Translations under genes and position numbers: made by a program | Shown here: positions 12,227 through 25,514 of the stretch, in pieces | Position numbering within the stretch: position 1 is the stretch's first letter | How the letters are laid out: each line of letters starts with the position of its first letter | Assembly (NCBI RefSeq): GCF_006345805.1 | Contig: NC_043006.1 | Location: 92,070,001-92,134,000 of the forward strand | Direction of reading: 5' to 3' | DNA length: 64,000 nt | Source: Octopus sinensis | Taxonomy: Eukaryota | The notes under the pieces: model-generated | What the model was told of the DNA's origin: nothing | What the model saw: only the letters and a program-made list of their open reading frames with translations | Database searches by the model: none

Positions 12227-12510
12227 GGAGGCGCAATGGTCCAGTGGTTAGGGCAGCGGATTCGCGGTGTCGATTCCCAGACCGGGCGTTGTGAGTGTTC
12301 ATTGAGCGAAAACACCTAAAGCTCCACGAGGCTCCGACAGGGGGTGGTGGCGATCCCTGGTGTACTCTTTCACCGCTATTTTCTCTCACTCTTTCTTCTG
12401 TTGGCTTAGCCAGTGGGGTGGCGTCATATGAAGGGTAAAACAATGCGGAGTCCATTGTGACCAGAGATGTGTAGCAACATCTGATAGCCTGGTCGGTCAC
12501 GGTGACCACG

Positions 12511-12514
<4 letters not shown>
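12227..12514 (+). mobile_element. tRNA-derived SINE (family B)
   Basis: tRNA-like head ggaggcgcaatggtccagtggttagggcagcgg..gtcgattcccagaccggg with A/B-box-like motifs. The body is shared with the minus-strand copy at 35150-35283. Confidence 0.85.
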
Positions 12515-12558
<44 letters not shown>

Positions 12559-12588
12559 CGTGGTCACCGTGACCGACCAGGCTATCAG
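12481..12588. repeat. Perfect 108-bp palindrome centred on (TA)n
   Basis: 34-bp arms ctgatagcctggtcggtcacggtgaccacggtga and its exact reverse complement flank 40 nt of TA. Confidence 0.97.
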
Positions 12589-12727
12589 TAATTAAGGGTT
12601 TAGCAACGATTTGCCTCACCACACGCCGAATTTAGAAATACCAGTCAAAGAGTTATGGCTATTCTTTCTACTTAAAAGGGAGATCCCAGTAAAACCACAG
12701 CACTTAAAAGGCAAACAACGCAGGCAA

Positions 12728-12762
<35 letters not shown>

Positions 12763-13774
12763 ATATATATGAAAGACAAACAGACAAGGACAGAAACAAG
12801 GAAAAGAATTTGAAAATGCATAGAGAAAATGCACAGGGAATTTATTTAGATTTTAAAATCTATGAATGAAGTTGATTCTCAAGCGTGTATTGCATATGGC
12901 GCTGTGCTGAAAACTGTGTATTTTCTGGGCGTTGTTGTAAATATTGTCTTTTGTTTTGTAGAAAGAATGTGTGTAGAACGCTATCTCTCAATGGATAGAT
13001 TGATTAGCCATCTTTCATGTGTTAACGTAATCTTATATTTACTTGAAATTCTTATAAGCAAAAGAGAAGCAAAAGAAAAGAGACAAAACTTGTAAAATTT
13101 ACCCCGTCACCATAGTATCTTAAAGTCAATGGAGTACGAGATGACATCTCGAATTTCTGCGGAATATTAAGGATAACGTCAGAACTATTCGTTAAAGGAA
13201 ACAAAGACAACTAAAACCCAAAAAATAGGAAGAAAACTCTTGATAAATTTCGTGCGTTGATATTCCCCCTTCCCATACAATGAGCTTCCATCTTCCGAAA
13301 CCAAAGTCCAATACAAATGGAAGAAAATGGAAAAGAATATTTGACCTAAAAAGACAACAAAAACAAAACGATAATAGCATTGTTATAATGGAAGCAGATA
13401 AACTGCCGTAATTATTATGAACAAATAACAATACATAAATACTGCACTTAGAAAACAACTCTTAATTAATTAATGGAAGCATTATATCATTAGAAAAATA
13501 CCTTTTCATTAGGTAAATACACAAACCAAAACATTTAGAAGTATTCAAAAACCAACTGCCTTCAAGATTCTGCGAGCCTTGCTAGTCGTACAATGGATTT
13601 GTTAGTTCCCGTAAGTAGTATTATAGCAGAAGACTACGCGATGTCATAATTGGGTAGGGGATACCTAAGATTTATAGCACTGACGGTGGTTAGAGGACTG
13701 GGTAGCTGGGGTGGGGGTTCGGAATGCAATTAAGATGGAGTTAGTTCTGTTTATTTTTTAATTCTATAATATAA

Positions 13775-13936
13775 GGTACAGGAGTGGCTGTGTGGTAGGT
13801 AGCTTCCATACCAATCACATGATTCCGGGTTCAGTCCCACTGCGTGGCACCTTGGGCATGTGTCTGCTACTATAGCCTCGAGCCGATTAAAGCCTTGTGA
13901 GTGGATTTGGTAGATAGAAACTGAAAGAAGCCCGTC

Positions 13937-14003
<67 letters not shown>

Positions 14004-14205
14004 TGTTTCGGTGTTCGTCTCCACCACCAACGCTTGACAACCGATGTTGGTGTGTTTACGTCCCCGTAACTTAGGGTTCGGCAAAAGAGACTGTTAGAAT
14101 AAGTACCAGGCTTACAAAGAATAAGTCCTGGGGTCGGTGTTTTCGACTAAAGGCGGTGCTCCAGCATGATCTCAGTCAAATGACTGAAACAAATAAAAAG
14201 TAAAG
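13775..14205 (+). mobile_element. tRNA-derived SINE (family A), full length with central (TA)n(TG)n
   Basis: Head ggagtggctgtgtggta..gggttcagtccc, central microsatellite, tail ..gctccagcatg..aatgactgaaac. Confidence 0.92.
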
Positions 14206-16344
14206 GAATGAACCCTCTATCTGCCCGCTTTATTCCCAAAAGGGTATGTGATAATAGTGGCCATAATATCAATATGTGTATGTGTGAGAATAAAGATAAA
14301 GTTTAATGTTGATATTTTGATTGTATTTGATACGCACGTTTCTAGTAGTTATATGAGGACCCTTGGTCTTTCTGGTGTGCCACGCTGTGATCTTAATCCG
14401 ACACCAAGTGTTTGCGGTGCGAACTTCTTAACAATATAGCCATGAGTACATCTGTGAGTTAATAAACTGTTTTACTGTTACTTACTGAATTTAATATATA
14501 TGTTTATTGCGGGAAGAATGCTGGAGTGGAAGGGACATAAGCTCATTCTACTCTGAGGAGCAGAAGATATTACAGAAATGGTGGAACTTATTTTGTTGTA
14601 TGAACTAACATCAGAGCATCTACGTAATCAATAAAACAGGAATAACAACAAAGAACGAAATGTCCCTCAAATCTTCTATCCTCTTAAATACCGACTAATC
14701 GGCCTTCAGATGCACTATTTCCTCTCTTTGTCTTTCTACCGCTGATATGTTGCCCTTTATTCCTTGGAGCAGATTGGACTCATCCTACCGCCACTGACGA
14801 CCCGGTACACATGCTTCTCTTCCCGCCATTACTCTTTTCTATGTTCAATTTTCAGTTGCCGCACTAATCACAACACACTTCCTTTCATTCCCAGAATGCT
14901 TGTAATTTTGATTTCTCTTCCGGTCTATGTCTTTCTCGCTTCGGTTTCAAGATGGCCATTTCATGGCAGCAATCATGGCAGGTCTACGAGGAACTGCGAA
15001 GATGATAGACACAATTCGTTTCTCCAAACACAGCTACTAGAAAAAAAAAAAAAAAACAGGAAATGTGTAATTAGCTAACGAGACCGCCTATAGAATAGCC
15101 ATGGGTAGAAAGACTTCCTTAATATGATCTGCTGGGCTGATAATGACTTGGAACTAAACTCTGAACCAATATTTGTTACGAAATGAACGGTTGTAATTTA
15201 TATTTAGAAAATAATGAGCTTTTTAAAACATTTTTCTTTTGGTGGATTTTTACATTATCATTTGTAAGTAATTTCAAATATTGCAATCATAGCTAATTAA
15301 TAACTAGCTAATTAGAAGATAATGGATTTTTAACATTTCCTTATGCTGTATTATATGCGCTTTACAAACTTTCAATAATCGCATTCCAAAACAATATGTT
15401 TGATTACTTTAAACAACACTGTCACGTCACCGCCCTTGATTTTAAACAATTATTGGTGAATAAATTATTCCAACAGATTAGTTAAAAAGACGTTTGAAGT
15501 TAAGAATGAAAGTATCGAGGCAGTTACAATCAAATTAAACAAATTATTTCGAAGACTTAATATGTTATATAAATTGAGTGAGAGATAAGTGTAAAGGTCA
15601 AATTTATTTTCTATTATTTTCAACACACCTCTGCAAGATGAGATAAATATTAAAGCATGCAATTTCACGTTGTTAGACAGATACATCCGAAAGAACCTAA
15701 TGAATATCACGACAATCTATCACGTTTATTTCCCGATAGGATAAAAATTAACGAAGACATGAAAAAGACTGCTTAGAAGCACAATGGAAAAGTTGTAGTA
15801 TATATCAATATTGAGCATTTCAATTCAATAATATATCATTAGACATGTTTTATAACAGTTCTTTTCACTTAGCTAAGCAGAATCAATATTGACTTCGTCA
15901 GCATCGTTATCAAAATCCTCACAGCGGCAACCACCAACGATAACACAAAAACCACCACCAGCACTACCACCACCACCAACAACAACAACAATAACAAACA
16001 TACAAAAGCTGTAAAACCAACATCTTTTCAAATACCGATGGAAGCATTCCTGTTAAATTATAATAATACTGGAGAACGTTGGTGGAAATTCTGACAAGAA
16101 ATGACATTTTTGGCAATTGAACTGATTGGTTAATTCTAGAGAGCGTGGATAGCACGCTCGTTAGTATCTTGGTTCTCGTTGCTTTCAGGCAGAATAATTT
16201 CAAAGGAAACCGAAGGTAAAATTAATTGGCAACAAACCGAAGAATGTATTCAAAAATTTATGAATCTGAAGATAAATTTCTGTGAATAACGAATTCAAAT
16301 TACAAGTTGACTACCACACACACGCGCGCACACAGACACACACG

Positions 16345-16349
16345 CGTAC

Positions 16350-16437
<88 letters not shown>

Positions 16438-16450
16438 CATATAAATATAT
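16345..16450. repeat. (TA)n microsatellite
   Basis: Visible directly. Confidence 0.95.
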
Positions 16451-17314
16451 ATGTGTATCTATGTATACGTACTTAACAAAAGTACGGAGACATCGTGTGA
16501 ATTAATTGTAAATAAGGTTATTTACGTATATATGTCATATCCATATCTTTAGCGTCGTTGAGTAAAAAACACCAGTTTTGAACAACATGGAAATTCCCCC
16601 AGCAAGAATCAGAGAAAATCTCAATTAAGTAAGACCACATGTTTTTTTGGCGGATGAAGAAGAATCCCTGCATTTTGTTTTGTAGAAAACAACTCGCAGC
16701 TACACGACGAACAGACGCTAATTTGCATGTTATTCATTTATATATCAGTGCGTTCACTAACTGTATGTTTATTGACTAAAGTATTGATCAAAGGTAAAAT
16801 AAAAATAATATTAAATGTATACGTTTAGCATTCCCTAAGTCAATAGATTATGCGCTTACAACACATTGCTCTTTAGAGAATAGAGCAGAGACTACCTTCT
16901 TTAATGAAAGTGTTTAATATTATAGTGAGTAAAGATGTTTCTCTATTAAGCACACGCTCATAAACGTCTTTTGAATGCGTTGTTATACACGTAATCTGAA
17001 GGGAAGACAAACCCGATAAACCAGCAAAAACTAAGTGTAACTAATCTCAGTTCATTCTACGGGGACCGCTCAGAGTTTGCTTACACACTAATGCTAAATG
17101 TGCAGCGTATATTTAGTAAATATTCTATGTATCAAGTTATTTACCATATACAAATTGCACACACACACACATACTCACACACACACACACACACACACGT
17201 ACACATATACGTACATATATGTATACAATGTATTGCTCAGTTTTTAGTGGAATCAACAAATACTGTGGCTCCATTCAGTGAAATATAAACATCAGTTCCT
17301 ATACACAGGATTGA

Positions 17315-17525
17315 AGGCGGCGAGTTGGCCGAATCGTTACACCAGCAACAATAATGCTTAGCGGCGTTTCATTCGTCTCTATGTCCTCTGTTCAAATTCC
17401 GCCAAGGTTCACATTATCTGACACAATTTTGGGCTCTATAAAATAAGTGCCAACTTGAGCAGTAGGGTCGATGTAATCGAGTTAGTTCCTCTCACTAAAT
17501 TGCAGGCTTTGTGCCAAAATATGAA
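17315..17525 (+). mobile_element. tRNA-derived SINE (family C), diverged
   Basis: ggcggcgagttggccgaatcgtt..atgcttagcggc..gttcaaattccgcc..gggtcgatgtaatcga, similar to 36800-36934. Confidence 0.75.
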
Positions 17526-17559
17526 ACCTATATAGATAGGATTTCAGTCGGATACACAT

Positions 17560-17885
17560 CAGTTTCATGCCTGTTGAAAGACATGCGACGCTACACAGGA
17601 TCATCCATAAGTTTCTGCAGTGTTCTTGCCCAGTTTAACAGAAAACTTCACTGCGTAGCGAACTTCCAAACGTCTCGACTATATTTTGCAAATTAGTCAG
17701 CCATGAGAAACAGTGTTCACCAGGTTAAGTTCAAAGTGCTGCTGCAGTCTTGTCCTTTAACACGAAATAAGAAAAGTTGGCAGTTCAGCTTATTAGATAT
17801 CTAGTAACGACATACTCAAATTACAATAATGTAGAACAGTTAGAACTACTAAAATGTCTCAAAACTTATAGAATGCACCTCATAG
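17560..17885 (-). mobile_element. Mariner 5' end remnant (TIR plus transposase N-terminus)
   Basis: The minus strand starts TAtgaggtgcattctataagttttgagac (TIR-like) and later reads EVRYAVKFSVKLGKNTAETYG, a mariner N-terminal HTH motif. Confidence 0.7.
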
Positions 17886-17904
17886 GTATGTGCATACGCT
17901 AGCA

Positions 17905-18010
<106 letters not shown>

Positions 18011-19088
18011 ACAGAAGAATATATGTGCTGCATAAATCTGTCGTGCACATATCTCAATGTTGGCAGACGTACAAAAATAAAACCCTTCATACATTCTGGA
18101 ATTTAAGTCAGCGATTTATTACCATAAACAAAAATTCTTTGTAATAAACGTCAGGTCGAAGCTGAAGCTAAACTTAAAAGCTCACTCCTGTTCAATCGCG
18201 AGAGAAATACAATTAAGTCAGTTTACAAACTGATATATATGGCTATCTAATATGAGAAATTGACCTCCATTTACATAAAAATATGCGGAATATCATACCG
18301 TGTAATAAGTCATGTATGATAAGTTTGACAATAACAAATCTCACTTCCTGCTATTTTACAATAATATGTCGTGTCTTAGACGTTGAAATTGGTAGTTATT
18401 TTCAAAATATATATGTAAAAAAAACAAAGACAAAATTAAAAGTAGCGTTCTAATCTGAATACATGCTATGGATATTCCCATCACAAAAGTTATTTTAGAA
18501 TCTGTAATATACTGGAATTATAGACCAGAAACATTATAGATATAGTTTATGACACACCGAGTTAGCTGGAATACCATTTATTTCCTACTTAAATTTTGAT
18601 TGCGATAATATGCATGCAAGAAGAACCAGAATATAACTGCAGAAAGCACGGAGGCGTACACTATAAAAAGCAAATATTTCGAAAGAAACAAACGCTTATG
18701 ATGCACATACTTATATTCTAACAACAGCTCAAACGATCGTAGTGTGCGAAGACAAAAAGTAAACATATCAAATGTAACCTAATTAAAATAATTTCGCTAA
18801 GACCAAGTGGAATAATGAACACTATTTGGAAATCTTTGGTTGCAGGAAGGAAAAAACAGAAACATTTCAATGAAGCACCACAGAATACTAGCATACAAAA
18901 TACGATTTTAATTGAAAATCTGCGCTTAAGCTTTGACAATATGGCTGCTAAACACGTGATTAATCGTACACTGGGGCAGTTGCTGTTAGATACCAAAAAG
19001 GAGCGAGACAGAGTGAGAACACAGCAAGCTAATGAAAGCAATCAGCTAATATCATTATCAATCCATTTCATTGTCAATTCATTTCATA

Positions 19089-19089
<1 letters not shown>

Positions 19090-19183
<94 letters not shown>

Positions 19184-19215
19184 AATATATCTATCTATCT
19201 ATCTATCTATCAATA

Positions 19216-19295
<80 letters not shown>

Positions 19296-19337
19296 GTCTA
19301 TCTATCTATCTATATATATATCTATCTATCTATCTAT
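19090..19337. repeat. (TCTA)n tetranucleotide array, 5' flank of the LINE
   Basis: Visible directly. Confidence 0.97.
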
Positions 19338-21279
19338 CCGAACGGATGCTTGTACAGAAGCATCCGTTCGGTAATTCGCGTAAATGGACATCTATCGAGA
19401 CCTTTCGACATTGCACGTTCGGTCCGTCAGGGATGCCCCCTCTCGGCGCTTCTATACGTATTGACTCTTGAGCCACTACTGCGGAAGCTGGCGACTCTAA
19501 GGGGCATCCCGCGAGAATTGGGATGCGGGACGAGCGTGTCTGCATACGCGGACGACGTCACCGTCATAGTGTCAAGCCACGAGCACATCGAGCGGGTCGG
19601 CGAGACACTGAAAGACTACGAAGCGGTGACAGGAGCAAAAATCAACCGGGAAAAGTCAGTGGGCTTGCGGCTCGGCACCTGGAAAAGCAAGCCCATGCCG
19701 TCCACCAGTACCTCCGTCGTGGGACGCTGGACAGACGGCCCGGTTGAGTTGCTCGGGGTCTGGTTCGGTCCGGACCTCCAAATGGAGAAGAACTGGAACG
19801 AGATAACGAGTAGGGTGGTCACTCTCGCCCAGCAATGGGCCGAGAGGAAACTGTCCCTAAAAGGTCGGGCGGAGGTGGTGAACGCGTACATCGCGTCCAT
19901 CATCTACTACCGCCTGACCGTCGTACCTTGTCCCGACCCTACCATCACCAAACTAGAACGCATCCTCTTCCGCTTCTTGTGGAAAGGATGCGTCCCGATG
20001 GTCAGGCGATCCATTTGCTGTCAACACCCGTTAAAAGGAGGGCTGGGCATGCCGTGGTTGATGATGCGCAGACACGCGCTGAGACTGCGACATCTCCGGC
20101 TCTATGTAGACGACGGTGAACAGGTGTGGTCGCCGTTTGTGAGGCACGCATTCCTGCAACTCGTCTCCATGACCGAACTACAGTCGTGGATCAAAAAGAG
20201 GCCGAGGAAGGTCGAATGGCACCGCGAGTGTCGCGTTGCTCTCAAGCAACTCTGCCGTCCCGGGTCGACCTTGAGTGACTTCAACACAACCAAAGCATTC
20301 TATAGGGGATTAGTGGAGGGGAGGTACGATGACGAGCTCGGGGCAAACCTGGGCGTCGACGAGGAATACCTGACCCGCCTGTTTCAAACGACTTTCGGCC
20401 CGGGACCTATGGACAACTTCCAGAGATCCCTGGCCTGGCGGTGCTACCGAGAAGCGCTACCCGTTCGGGATAAGCTCTATAGGCATGGCTCGAGAAACAC
20501 GGGGCCGACCTGCCCGAGATGCGGGCAGAGCGACGAAACCGCCCTGCACGCAATCGTGCAGTGTCCAGCAATTTCCGACCTGTGGGCTTATGTCGAACGA
20601 CTGCAGTCACGTGTGGGACGTGTCGGTTTATCAGCCGAGTCTATCGTTAATATCGTCACGCTCCTTCTTTCAAACGGGAAGGAAGAGCTATTTTTATCAT
20701 ACTTGTGGCTATGGCGAAAGAATGTATGTGGTGGACGCGCCTGAAAGGATTAGAGACAAACACTTTCCTCTCTCGTCAATCTCTCATCAACTTCTTCAAG
20801 TATCACTTGAAGAGGAAAGTGAGAGAAGAGAGGCAAGTTTTGTCTAGTGAATGTTTTAAAAAAAGATGGGTGAATGTAGCAAGGATGGCACGTATGAATG
20901 ACGAAGCCACCTTGACTATGATTCTATGAACCGTAAAAATTAATACAGAGAGTTGCTTATTTGCAAAAAAAAAAAAAAAAAAGAAATATAACATGTGACT
21001 TCATTGACCGAGGTTACCGTGGTCTTTTCCGTAGGCTTTTCTTTCCACGGGTAAACCTCACCTGTCCTCCCCTTTACACTTCATATTGACATTTCTGTGA
21101 TAACGATCCCTATTATTCATTTTTTTTTCTCTCCCCCCCTTTTTTTGTCCTTTTTCTTTCCTTTTACGATCCCTTTTGATCGAAAACCACCACTCTCCTT
21201 TTTTTTTACCCCCAAAAGAAAAGCTCTACCTTGTAATTTGTTCTATCTGTGTGCAGCCCTGTGTGGCTAATAAAGAAAC
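19338..21279 (+). mobile_element. 5'-truncated L1/Tx1-like non-LTR retrotransposon
   Basis: RT motifs VRQGCPLSALLY, SAYADDVTV, GAKINREKS, LLGVWFG, KLSLKGRAEVVN, GGLG, then a zinc-binding CPRC..ETALHAIVQC motif. The 3' UTR has AATAAA at 21269-21274. GC content is far above the flanks. Confidence 0.92.
19351..20929 (+). pseudogene. ORF2 C-terminal half (RT plus zinc-finger) of the L1/Tx1-like element, one frameshift near 20660
   Basis: Open from LYRSIRSVIRVNG to about 20660. It continues in another frame as SFKREGRAIFIILVAMAKECMWWTR..RWVNVARM..TMIL*. Confidence 0.88.
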
Positions 21280-21280
21280 A

Positions 21281-21318
<38 letters not shown>

Positions 21319-21335
21319 CTATCTATCTATCTATT
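21280..21335. repeat. (TCTA)n array, 3' flank of the LINE
   Basis: Visible directly; same orientation as the 5' flank array. Confidence 0.95.
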
Positions 21336-22196
21336 CCCCATGTCTCTCTACCTGCCTATCTGTATAATATAATAATCCTTTATTATATCAACAAAAATTT
21401 ACTCCATTATTTAACATAGAAACGATTTAAAAACCAGCCACCATCACTTCATGCCTCTGAAAATACTCTGGTCAGTAAATCCCGTTTAGCATGCGGGTGT
21501 TTACAGGTAATTTCAATATACAGGCTGCCCGTCAATTACCTTTAAAATTTGAAAAACTCAGAAACAAAGGAAAATAAGGATAACTCAGCAGAACTGTTGG
21601 GTAACAAATTAAGTTTTATTAGAAACATGAGAACAATTCCACGTCGGCTCAATATTGAGTATTGGAACTCACTTCGGTCATAGTATAACATATAAATTTA
21701 CAATGGATTACTAAAACTTGCACTTCCTCTAAGTATAAGGCATAACCCCTAGGATCTGGTATTATTCTACCTAGAGCAGTGAATTTGATGTATTTTAGAA
21801 ATATCTTAGAAACCCATTTCCATTGATATCTTTATTTTTTCCGATTAATATTTGATACATATATTTTTTTATTTATATGGTGATTTTTATAATAACAACA
21901 TATCTAGTTATTCTTTCAATATAATTTGTATCATAATTTATAAAATGATCGTTATTCTATTTTATTCTATTTTGACTTATCCTTATTTCTCTGAAGAAAT
22001 ATTTAATTAGATTTCTGTGAAATTTTTATATTTTTTATATTGTAGATTATTAAATGTATTTATATACAGTCTTATACATTTGTATAGCTTCTATAGCTTA
22101 TAAAGAATTTATAATTTCTCTTCACAAAACTGACTGTATAATAAAATATATTTTTTATTTATAATTGCACATTATGTTTCATAAATTTTTTAATCT

Positions 22197-22548
22197 CTCT
22201 CTTTACTTGTTTCAGTCATTTGACTGCGGCCATGCTGGAGCACCGCCTTTAGTCGAGCAAATCGACCCCGGGACTTATTCTTTGTAAGCCCAGTACTTAT
22301 TCTATCGGTCTCTTTTGCCGAACCGCTAAGTGACGGGGACGTAAACACACCAGCATCGGTTGTCAAGCAATGTTAGAGGGACAAACACAGACACACAAAC
22401 ATATACATACACATACATACACACATATCTACCAAATCCACTCACAAGGCATTGGTCGGCCCGAGGCTATAGCAGAAGACACTTGCCCAAGATGCCAGAA
22501 CCATGTGGTTGGTAGGCAAGCTACTTACCACACAGCCACTCCTGCGCC
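22197..22548 (-). mobile_element. Family A SINE with internal deletions
   Basis: Reverse complement of the family A tail and head. Confidence 0.92.
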
Positions 22549-23166
22549 TATATTTATACCTATATTTGATTTCTTTTTTGCAATTAGCACGTCCATCCCC
22601 ATCAGACATTCTCTTACTACCAGCCTTGCAACCTACCCTTTTATGTAGATAAAGCTGGATGTATGGCTCCAGTACATTGGAAGTCATGTAGATTGTCTGA
22701 CATCAATTGATTTATCACCAATCACTAGAATACAGGTGGCAACTCCCAATGGATTTAATTCTAAATGGTTGAAGGCAATATACTACATAAAGTCTTCTAA
22801 ATATAAGTGACTACGTCACCACTATTTTCTCTGTTACTCTCTAAATTACTGTATGCTTAATAAGGTATGCCTTATTTTCAAAACTCATTCTGCCACAAAT
22901 ATAACAAAAGGAAACAATGTTAATATTTTGGTTTCCATTATTGATGTAAATTTGTTAAAATAATGATTTATACGATATGTTTGAAATCTATGCGGTCAGC
23001 TGACGAGGACGGCTTCTTTCAACTTGATGTAATGTTTTCATTAATCAATTAAATGGAACCGCTTGAAACGCCGTAATGAATCGATACCTGTACATATTTG
23101 TTACTAATTCCTACACATACACACACATATACACAACCCACGTATCTAGCATCTTTATACATACAT

Positions 23167-23226
<60 letters not shown>

Positions 23227-23227
23227 T

Positions 23228-23622
23228 TTACTCTTTTGTTTCAGTCATTTCACTGCGGTCATGCTGGAGCACCGCCTTTAATCGAGCAACTCGACCCTGG
23301 GACTTATTCTTTGTAAGCCCAGTACTTATTCTATCGGTCTCCTTTGCCGAACCGCTAAGTGACGGGGACATAAACACACCACATTCGGTTGTCAAGCGAT
23401 GTTAGGGGGACAAACACAGACATACAAACATACACGCACACACACATATATATATATATACATATATACGACGGGCTTCTTTCAGTTTCCATCTACCAAA
23501 TCCACTCACAAGTCTTTGGTCAGCCCGCAGCTATAGTAGAAGACACTTGCCCAAGGTGTCACACAGTGGGACTGAACCCGGAACCATGCAGTTGGTAAAC
23601 AAGCTACTTATCACACAGCCAA
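23228..23622 (-). mobile_element. Family A SINE
   Basis: Reverse complement of tail, central (CA)(TA) tract and head. Confidence 0.92.
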
Positions 23623-23810
23623 TATATACGAAAAGAAAAGTAATGGCACATTAATTAACAATGAGAAGTTGATCATTGGTATTAAAAAGTCATAGTTTAA
23701 TTGTAGTTCAGAACCACTTGCAGCTGTTTCTGTTTATCAAATCGAGATAAATTTGCATTTTTCTTTTTCAGTTTAACAAACATCGTCAGAATGATTTAGA
23801 GGGCTAAATA

Positions 23811-24640
23811 GGAGGTACCCAAAAGAAACTGGAATTATGCAATATTATGATAATCACTTAGTTGTACATGTTTACACATTTATCCCCTTCAAAGTATTCT
23901 CTACTAGAAACAATGCATCGTTCCAGACGCGTTTCCCACTTTTCGAAGCTGTGTTGGAACTCTTTTGAAGTGATGCCTTTTAATGCCTCCGTCGTTTTTT
24001 CTTCACTTCTTCCACGTCTGCAAACTCCGTAGCACCAGCTTTCGTCTCCAGTGATGACCTTTGAAAAAAAGTTCCGGATCAACTTCCAACGGTTCTTTTA
24101 GTTCACAGCACGCATTCAATCGTGACTGCTTTTGATTTTCCGTGAGAAAACGAGACACAAATGTTTCTGCAATTCTTTTCATTCGCAAGTCCTCGCTCAA
24201 ACTACATTGGCACGAGGTCCAGGATACAACTAGGTCCAGGATACAACCCCCAAGACCAGTTTATGAATTTTCATGATGTTTTCATTCGGTCGGGCGGTTG
24301 ACAGTCATTCTGAACGAGGTTGGTCCTCAAGCAAAAAGTCACATTTTAAAGCGTGAAAACCACTCGTAAACTTGTGTTCTGCTCATGGCACATCGTCCTT
24401 GTAAGCTGACTGAAGAATGACAATTGCTTCAGCCGCCGTTTTTCTCAGCACAATACAGAATTTCATGGAAGCACGCTGTTCCTTCGTTTTAGCCATCGTA
24501 AAAATCGACGAACACGGGAGAAGCACTGCAAAACAAAGACGCAACACATGGCAGTACGACCCCAATGAACAACGCCGGTCGGCAGACTGATGCCTGAGGG
24601 ACGCATCAAGTGCGGTTTCCGGTTACGTTGGGTACCCCAC
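23811..24640 (-). mobile_element. Internally deleted mariner transposon with both TIRs
   Basis: Imperfect TIRs ggaggtacccaaaagaaactggaa and ttccggttacgttgggtaccccac, with TA at 23809-10. Remnants read MAKTKEQRASMKFC..RKTAAE, KFV/SRFLTENQKQSRL..C, VITGDESWCYG and RLERCI..EYFEGD. Confidence 0.88.
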
Positions 24641-25329
24641 ATATAAATAAATATGTGTATGTGTGTGTGTGTATTCCTATTTATAAATGTGTTCACATAA
24701 ATATATGTTATTTTTTTTGTACTCACAAACACAGACAACCGCCTGCATACACTACGTTTGATGTACTTACAAGTTATCCAATTATGTTCTGCTTTCCAGT
24801 TTTGATTTTATGCAGACAGTCGATAACATTACATATATGTTGCCTATATTATGGCGATAATGTCAGACGAAATAGTTTAGGAACATTCTCATTTCATCAG
24901 GAAATCATTAAAAATATTCTCCTCACTACGAAACATCTTGAATCACTGAATAGAGTTGAGCTCTGTTAATCTGTTGTTTATCGTTTTTCTTGTTTTCGCT
25001 TTTCAATTTTGTTTTCTAGAAAATACGACATGTAATATATAACATGTCCTTGCCAGAGGTAAGACGAATTTGGAGCCAAAGCGAGTTCTGTGTCTGAAGA
25101 AGAGAAATCTTTCTGCAAATATCATGCAATTCACCGAATATTAAGAGGATATTTTTCAGTCACACAAACATTACATCTCAGATGCAACCACACGCTTCCT
25201 ACTATATTACTACACATGTCCATACGCATACACGTACACACTTATACACATAAACATACGAAGATAATCAGGTCTTTTGAACCTAAACTCACACTCAAGC
25301 AAACACACATACTCACACACGCACACATA

Positions 25330-25446
25330 GATATATATATATATATATATATATATAGATAGATAGATAGATAGATATGGTATATATATATATATATTAT
25401 ATATATATACATACATATATATGTATACTTATGTGTGTGTGTAAAG

Positions 25447-25510
<64 letters not shown>
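25330..25510. repeat. (TA)n/(GATA)n microsatellite cluster
   Basis: Visible directly. Confidence 0.9.

Positions 25511-25514
<4 letters not shown>

Noticed and set aside
12227-12300. tRNA gene calls for SINE heads (also 36800, 39030, 44746)
   Set aside because: A/B boxes are present, but there is no complete cloverleaf and each head continues into a SINE body.
19071-19337. N-terminal part of the 557-aa ORF (IYLS repeats)
   Set aside because: Read-through of (TCTA)n; the real RT homology starts at about 19351.
18815-19471. 218-aa ORF
   Set aside because: Mostly microsatellite plus an off-frame part of the LINE; the N-terminus matches no family I recognise.
25100-25140. Hammerhead-like CTGAAGA-AGAGA..TTTCT-GCAAA-TATC
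   Set aside because: The GAAA core is interrupted by C, the stems rely on wobble pairs, and there is no retroelement context; compatible with chance.
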